Assembly (NCBI GenBank): GCA_050248615.1
Contig: JBFWSA010000002.1
Coordinates: 16,457 to 80,456, forward strand
Length of the DNA: 64,000 bases
Direction: 5' to 3'
From: Simkaniaceae bacterium
GTDB taxonomy: Bacteria > Chlamydiota > Chlamydiia > Chlamydiales > Simkaniaceae
Within the stretch, counting starts at the first letter, position 1. Each line of letters begins with the position of its first letter. The notes under the pieces are model-generated. The model did not search any database, was not told the origin of the DNA, and was given only the letters and a program-made list of their open reading frames with translations. The position numbers and the translations under genes are program-made. Shown here piece after piece: positions 60,548 to 64,000 of the stretch.

Positions 60548-61150
60548 ATGCAAATCGTGATTGCCTCATCAAATTTACACAAGATCCGTGAGATCCGGTC
60601 GATTCTGAAGCCCCGTCTTCCTTTTGACTATCTTTCTCTCCTAGATTTTCCAAGCTATCAACCTCCAGAAGAAACAGGTTCTACCTTTGAAGAAAATGCG
60701 TTTATCAAAGCAACCCATGCTGCAAGCGCCTTAAAAAGGTGGGTCATTGCTGATGATTCAGGACTTGTCGTTCCTGCTCTGAAAGACCGTCCTGGAGTTC
60801 ACAGTAGACGTTTTGCTGGAGAACATGCCTCAGATAAAGAGAATCGCCAAAAGCTTGTTCAAGAACTCGATCCGATTTCAGAAAGTGAAAGAATCGGGTA
60901 CTATACCTGTGCTTTAGCATTGGCTTCTCCAGAGGGAATACAAAAGCAAGTGCAAGGTCTCTGTGAGGGCTCTCTCATCCTTGCTCCTCGTGGAAGCCAA
61001 GGATTTGGGTATGATCCCTTGTTTTTGAAGTATGACTACAACAAAACATTTGCTGAGATGGACGAAGAGACAAAAAACAAAATCTCTCATAGACGCAAAG
61101 CCTTAGATAAACTTTTCCCCTTCTTAGAAGAACTCTTACGAACCGGATAG
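60548..61150 (+). CDS. rdgB: dITP/XTP pyrophosphatase (HAM1)
   Basis: ASSN..K, EETG.TF.ENA, ADDSGL, GFGYDP, SHR. Confidence 0.95.
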   Translation: MQIVIASSNLHKIREIRSILKPRLPFDYLSLLDFPSYQPPEETGSTFEENAFIKATHAASALKRWVIADDSGLVVPALKDRPGVHSRRFAGEHASDKENRQKLVQELDPISESERIGYYTCALALASPEGIQKQVQGLCEGSLILAPRGSQGFGYDPLFLKYDYNKTFAEMDEETKNKISHRRKALDKLFPFLEELLRTG

Positions 61151-61154
61151 GTTC

Positions 61155-61646
61155 ATGCGTTATTTGATCGATGGCTACAATCTTTTCTTTAAAATTCAAC
61201 AAAATGTCCTCCCTCTTCAAAAAAAGCGCGCCCATTTTTTGGAAGATTTAGATCATGAAATCGCTGCGTTAAATATGCAGGCAACACTGGTGTTTGATAG
61301 CCATCAAACCCAAGCTGAAATCTTCCCCTCTTCAAAAAAAATGGAAGCACTTGAGGTGGTTTTTTCTCCAGAAAACCTTTCAGCAGATCTTTATATCCTG
61401 GAGCTCCTTTCCTGGGATAGCCACCAAACAATGCTTGTTTCTTCTGATCGTGAGCTCACAATTAAAGCAACACATCTCGGCGCAAAAACACAATCTATTG
61501 AAGAGTTTATCGCTTTGATTCTAAGAAGACGTGCAAAAAGCACTCCAAATGCGCAAAACAAAGCTGAACTCCGAGAATCGGATGCCCATTTAAAACGTCT
61601 TCTTAAGATCTTTGAAAAGAAGTTACTTGAGGATGAAAACGCCTGA
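61155..61646 (+). CDS. NYN-domain (YacP-like) protein
   Basis: IDGYNL, VFD, SAD..I, VSSD. Confidence 0.85.
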   Translation: MRYLIDGYNLFFKIQQNVLPLQKKRAHFLEDLDHEIAALNMQATLVFDSHQTQAEIFPSSKKMEALEVVFSPENLSADLYILELLSWDSHQTMLVSSDRELTIKATHLGAKTQSIEEFIALILRRRAKSTPNAQNKAELRESDAHLKRLLKIFEKKLLEDENA

Positions 61647-62322
61647 TTGTATAAGTCTCCACCTCTTTTAATCTCTTTTCAAGAGGGGTAATGGTGACAC
61701 CCCCATACTCAAGCTTACTTTCAATCACCTCGGTCTCATTGAATAAAATAAAGACATGGCCCGGGTAAAAAAATAAGTCGAGAGGTTGAATGGCCTCCAA
61801 GGGGACCTCCTCTCCGATCAATCTAAGCTCGCTTGTATTGCGCGGCAAAAAACCCTCTGTTGCTTCATAAAGAAGACCTGAACAATCGACCCCCCGAAAA
61901 CACCAGTGCGCCTCTTCAAAAGGTGTGAGAGGGTTAGCAGGAGGGTAGTACTCTTTCCATTCGGGAATTCCGGCTGCATAATTCCCTCCCCAAACATAGG
62001 GAAGTCCCACACAACTTTTCATACGCTTTAAGATGACTTCGAGAGAGGGAAGAATAGGTGCATAACTAGGAGGTTTAGAATTGTGAACCACTCCAAAGCG
62101 CTCATCGATATAAAGGGGAGATTTAGGATAAAAAGAAGCGCTTACTTCCAAAATAGAGTCTTCTTTCGGTTGAACCACTTCAAAAACCATTCCTGGAAAG
62201 GCAATCATCTCCACTTCGCGCACAAGATTTTGTGCATCTAAAGTAAGCTTTTGCCCAAAAACTTGCTTAAAGTGGGGGGTACTCAAAAGAGGAGTGGGTT
62301 TTTCAACAACAAAATAGGACAT
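61603..62322 (-). CDS. NlpC/P60 family cysteine peptidase
   Basis: GLPYVWGG, GVDCSG, LPRN, GHV. Confidence 0.87.
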   Translation of the reverse strand: MSYFVVEKPTPLLSTPHFKQVFGQKLTLDAQNLVREVEMIAFPGMVFEVVQPKEDSILEVSASFYPKSPLYIDERFGVVHNSKPPSYAPILPSLEVILKRMKSCVGLPYVWGGNYAAGIPEWKEYYPPANPLTPFEEAHWCFRGVDCSGLLYEATEGFLPRNTSELRLIGEEVPLEAIQPLDLFFYPGHVFILFNETEVIESKLEYGGVTITPLEKRLKEVETYTIRRFHPQVTSFQRS

Positions 62323-62407
62323 AACTCAGGTGAATAGGTTCATCATCTCAAAATTCTCGTGCAAAAAATACTCTATCACACTAAATTCATATTTTTTAAG
62401 GTGTAAC

Positions 62408-64000
62408 ATGAAGGTTACTATGAAAACAATATTCCGGCTTACTTTCCTCCTCCCACTGATAGCCCTTTCATTAACAGGGTGTAAAAAAAGTGCTGATTCA
62501 ACAGAGAAACGTAGAGGATATTCTAGCCAAAATATCACCATTAACATTGCAAATGAACCCCAAACCTTAGATCCCCGAAAAGTGCGGGCTCTTACAGATA
62601 CCAATCTGGTCCGCATGTTTATGGAAGGTCTGACAAGGGTGGATAAAAAAGGGAAAGCTTCTCTGGCCCTTGCAGAAAAAGTCTCTGTTTCTAGTGATCT
62701 AAAAACCTATACTTTTACACTTAAAGCAAGCCAATGGTCCAATGGAGATCCTCTGACCTCTCAGGATTTTGCGTATGCATGGAAAAAAAGCCTCTCTCCC
62801 CAATTCAATGCTCCGAATGCTAACATGCTCTATGTCATTAAAAATGCTAAAGAGGCAAAAACAGGAAAACTCCCTTTAAGTCTAGTGGGAATTGAAACGC
62901 CCAATGACAAAACTCTGATTGTTGAGCTAAGCCACCCAACACCTTACTTTTTGGAATTGATTACCCACCCCATTTACTTTCCTGTGAATCGTTCTGTTGA
63001 TCGTGCTAACTCTCACTGGGCAGAAAATCATACAACCTATGTTGGAAATGGCCCCTTTTCTCTTCATGACTGGAAACATCATAATGTGATCGATGCACGT
63101 AAAAACGAGCGCTACTGGGATAAAAAAACAGTCCAAATCGCAGATCTAAAAATGGTGATGGTCACTGAAGATACAGGTTTCAACATGTTCGGAACCCGTG
63201 AGTTAAATTGGGATGGCTCTCCTTTCTCTACAATTCCTATCGATGCCATTCAAAGTCTCAAGTCACAAGAAAAACTTCAGGTCGCACCTGTCCTTGCAAC
63301 CCAATGGATCCGTGTCAATATTACCCAAGGTCCTTTGCGCTCTACAAAACTACGCAAAGCTCTTGCCTACGCGATCGATCGCCAAGCGATTGTCGATCAC
63401 ATTGCCCAAGGAAACCAAATCCCTGCAACAGGCATTGTCCCCGTAGCGATGGGATTACAAAAAGAGCCTCTTTTCAAAGATGGTGATCTCTCTAAAGCTC
63501 AAGATCTTTTTGGAGAAGCTTTAGAAGAATTAAAAATCTCTCCCGATCAACTCTCTTCCTTAACTCTTATGTATGCTTCAGCCGAAAGGAACCATCTAAT
63601 GGCACAGGCCATTCAAGAACAATGGCGCCAAGCTTTTGGATTTCAAATTGCCCTTGAACCTGTTGAAAGCAAAGTGTTTTTCGATCGGGTATCCAAGAAA
63701 AATTACACCCTATCTTTAGGAAACTGGTTTGCTGACTTTAATGATCCGATTAACTTCTTAGAAGTCTTTAAAACCAAAGATGTGGGAACCAATAATACCA
63801 ACTGGGAAAACCCTGGCTATACCGAGCTTTTGGAAACCTCTTCCTATTGCCAAAATGCCAATGAACGCCAAGCTCTCTTAAGACAAAGCGAACAGATCAT
63901 CATGAATGATATGCCTGTGATCCCTATTTTTCATTTTACAATGCTTTACATCCAAGATGACACTTTAAAAGATGTTGTTCTCACGACAATGGGGAATATC
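62408..64000 (+). CDS. oppA: Oligopeptide ABC transporter substrate-binding lipoprotein (3'-truncated by window; absent from the ORF track)
   Basis: Open frame from ATG 62408/62420 to the window end; lipobox LTGC, EPQTLDP, WSNGDPLT..DF.Y.W, GNGPF, WFADFNDP..FL. Confidence 0.92.
   Translation, partial: MKVTMKTIFRLTFLLPLIALSLTGCKKSADSTEKRRGYSSQNITINIANEPQTLDPRKVRALTDTNLVRMFMEGLTRVDKKGKASLALAEKVSVSSDLKTYTFTLKASQWSNGDPLTSQDFAYAWKKSLSPQFNAPNANMLYVIKNAKEAKTGKLPLSLVGIETPNDKTLIVELSHPTPYFLELITHPIYFPVNRSVDRANSHWAENHTTYVGNGPFSLHDWKHHNVIDARKNERYWDKKTVQIADLKMVMVTEDTGFNMFGTRELNWDGSPFSTIPIDAIQSLKSQEKLQVAPVLATQWIRVNITQGPLRSTKLRKALAYAIDRQAIVDHIAQGNQIPATGIVPVAMGLQKEPLFKDGDLSKAQDLFGEALEELKISPDQLSSLTLMYASAERNHLMAQAIQEQWRQAFGFQIALEPVESKVFFDRVSKKNYTLSLGNWFADFNDPINFLEVFKTKDVGTNNTNWENPGYTELLETSSYCQNANERQALLRQSEQIIMNDMPVIPIFHFTMLYIQDDTLKDVVLTTMGNI

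Noticed and set aside
61143..61154. CCGGATAGGTTC at the rdgB stop, resembling the family D terminus
   Set aside because: Short match with no partner arm, inside a tightly packed operon; probably chance.
271..63486. Numerous 60-170 aa antisense or alternate-frame ORFs in the track
   Set aside because: They overlap well-supported genes and have no recognisable motifs.
1..64000. CRISPR array, tRNA, rRNA, transposase or integrase
   Set aside because: None seen by eye. The repeats are either coding units or dispersed hairpins without a repeat-spacer pattern.

Overview
Chromosomal window from an environmental member of the phylum Chlamydiota, inferred from the TopA-SWIB fusion, long GreA, double-length ThyX, tandem TyrP, lone nqrA and the uvrD-rpoN and thyX-hemB-nqrA-greA order. 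From left to right it holds: (1) a tandem array of four related membrane-anchored proteins, two carrying an unrecognised ~60-aa repeat with a hypervariable loop; (2) uvrD and rpoN; (3) a ~30-kb glycan and small-molecule biosynthesis region (GT2, GT32, GT4, Wzy-like, ManC, a TPP E1 pair), interrupted by topA and containing an AT-richer island (NodZ-like GT, ABC exporter, amidotransferase, SDR, histidine phosphatase, WG-repeat/O-methyltransferase fusion, radical SAM/SPASM, GT4); (4) a 1241-aa protein with divergent GH81 glucanase motifs; (5) housekeeping genes (uvrB, tyrP x2, thyX, hemB, FKBP, yjbH-like, nqrA, greA, rdgB, NYN, NlpC/P60, oppA). The most striking non-coding signal is at least five sequence-distinct families of fully fold-back elements, all 159-165 bp and mostly with TA/TAA duplications. 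Three are nested inside the 3' end of rpoN, one regenerates two convergent stop codons, and one sits in a terminator loop. No transposase, tRNA, rRNA or CRISPR array was seen. All calls were made by eye without database searches.
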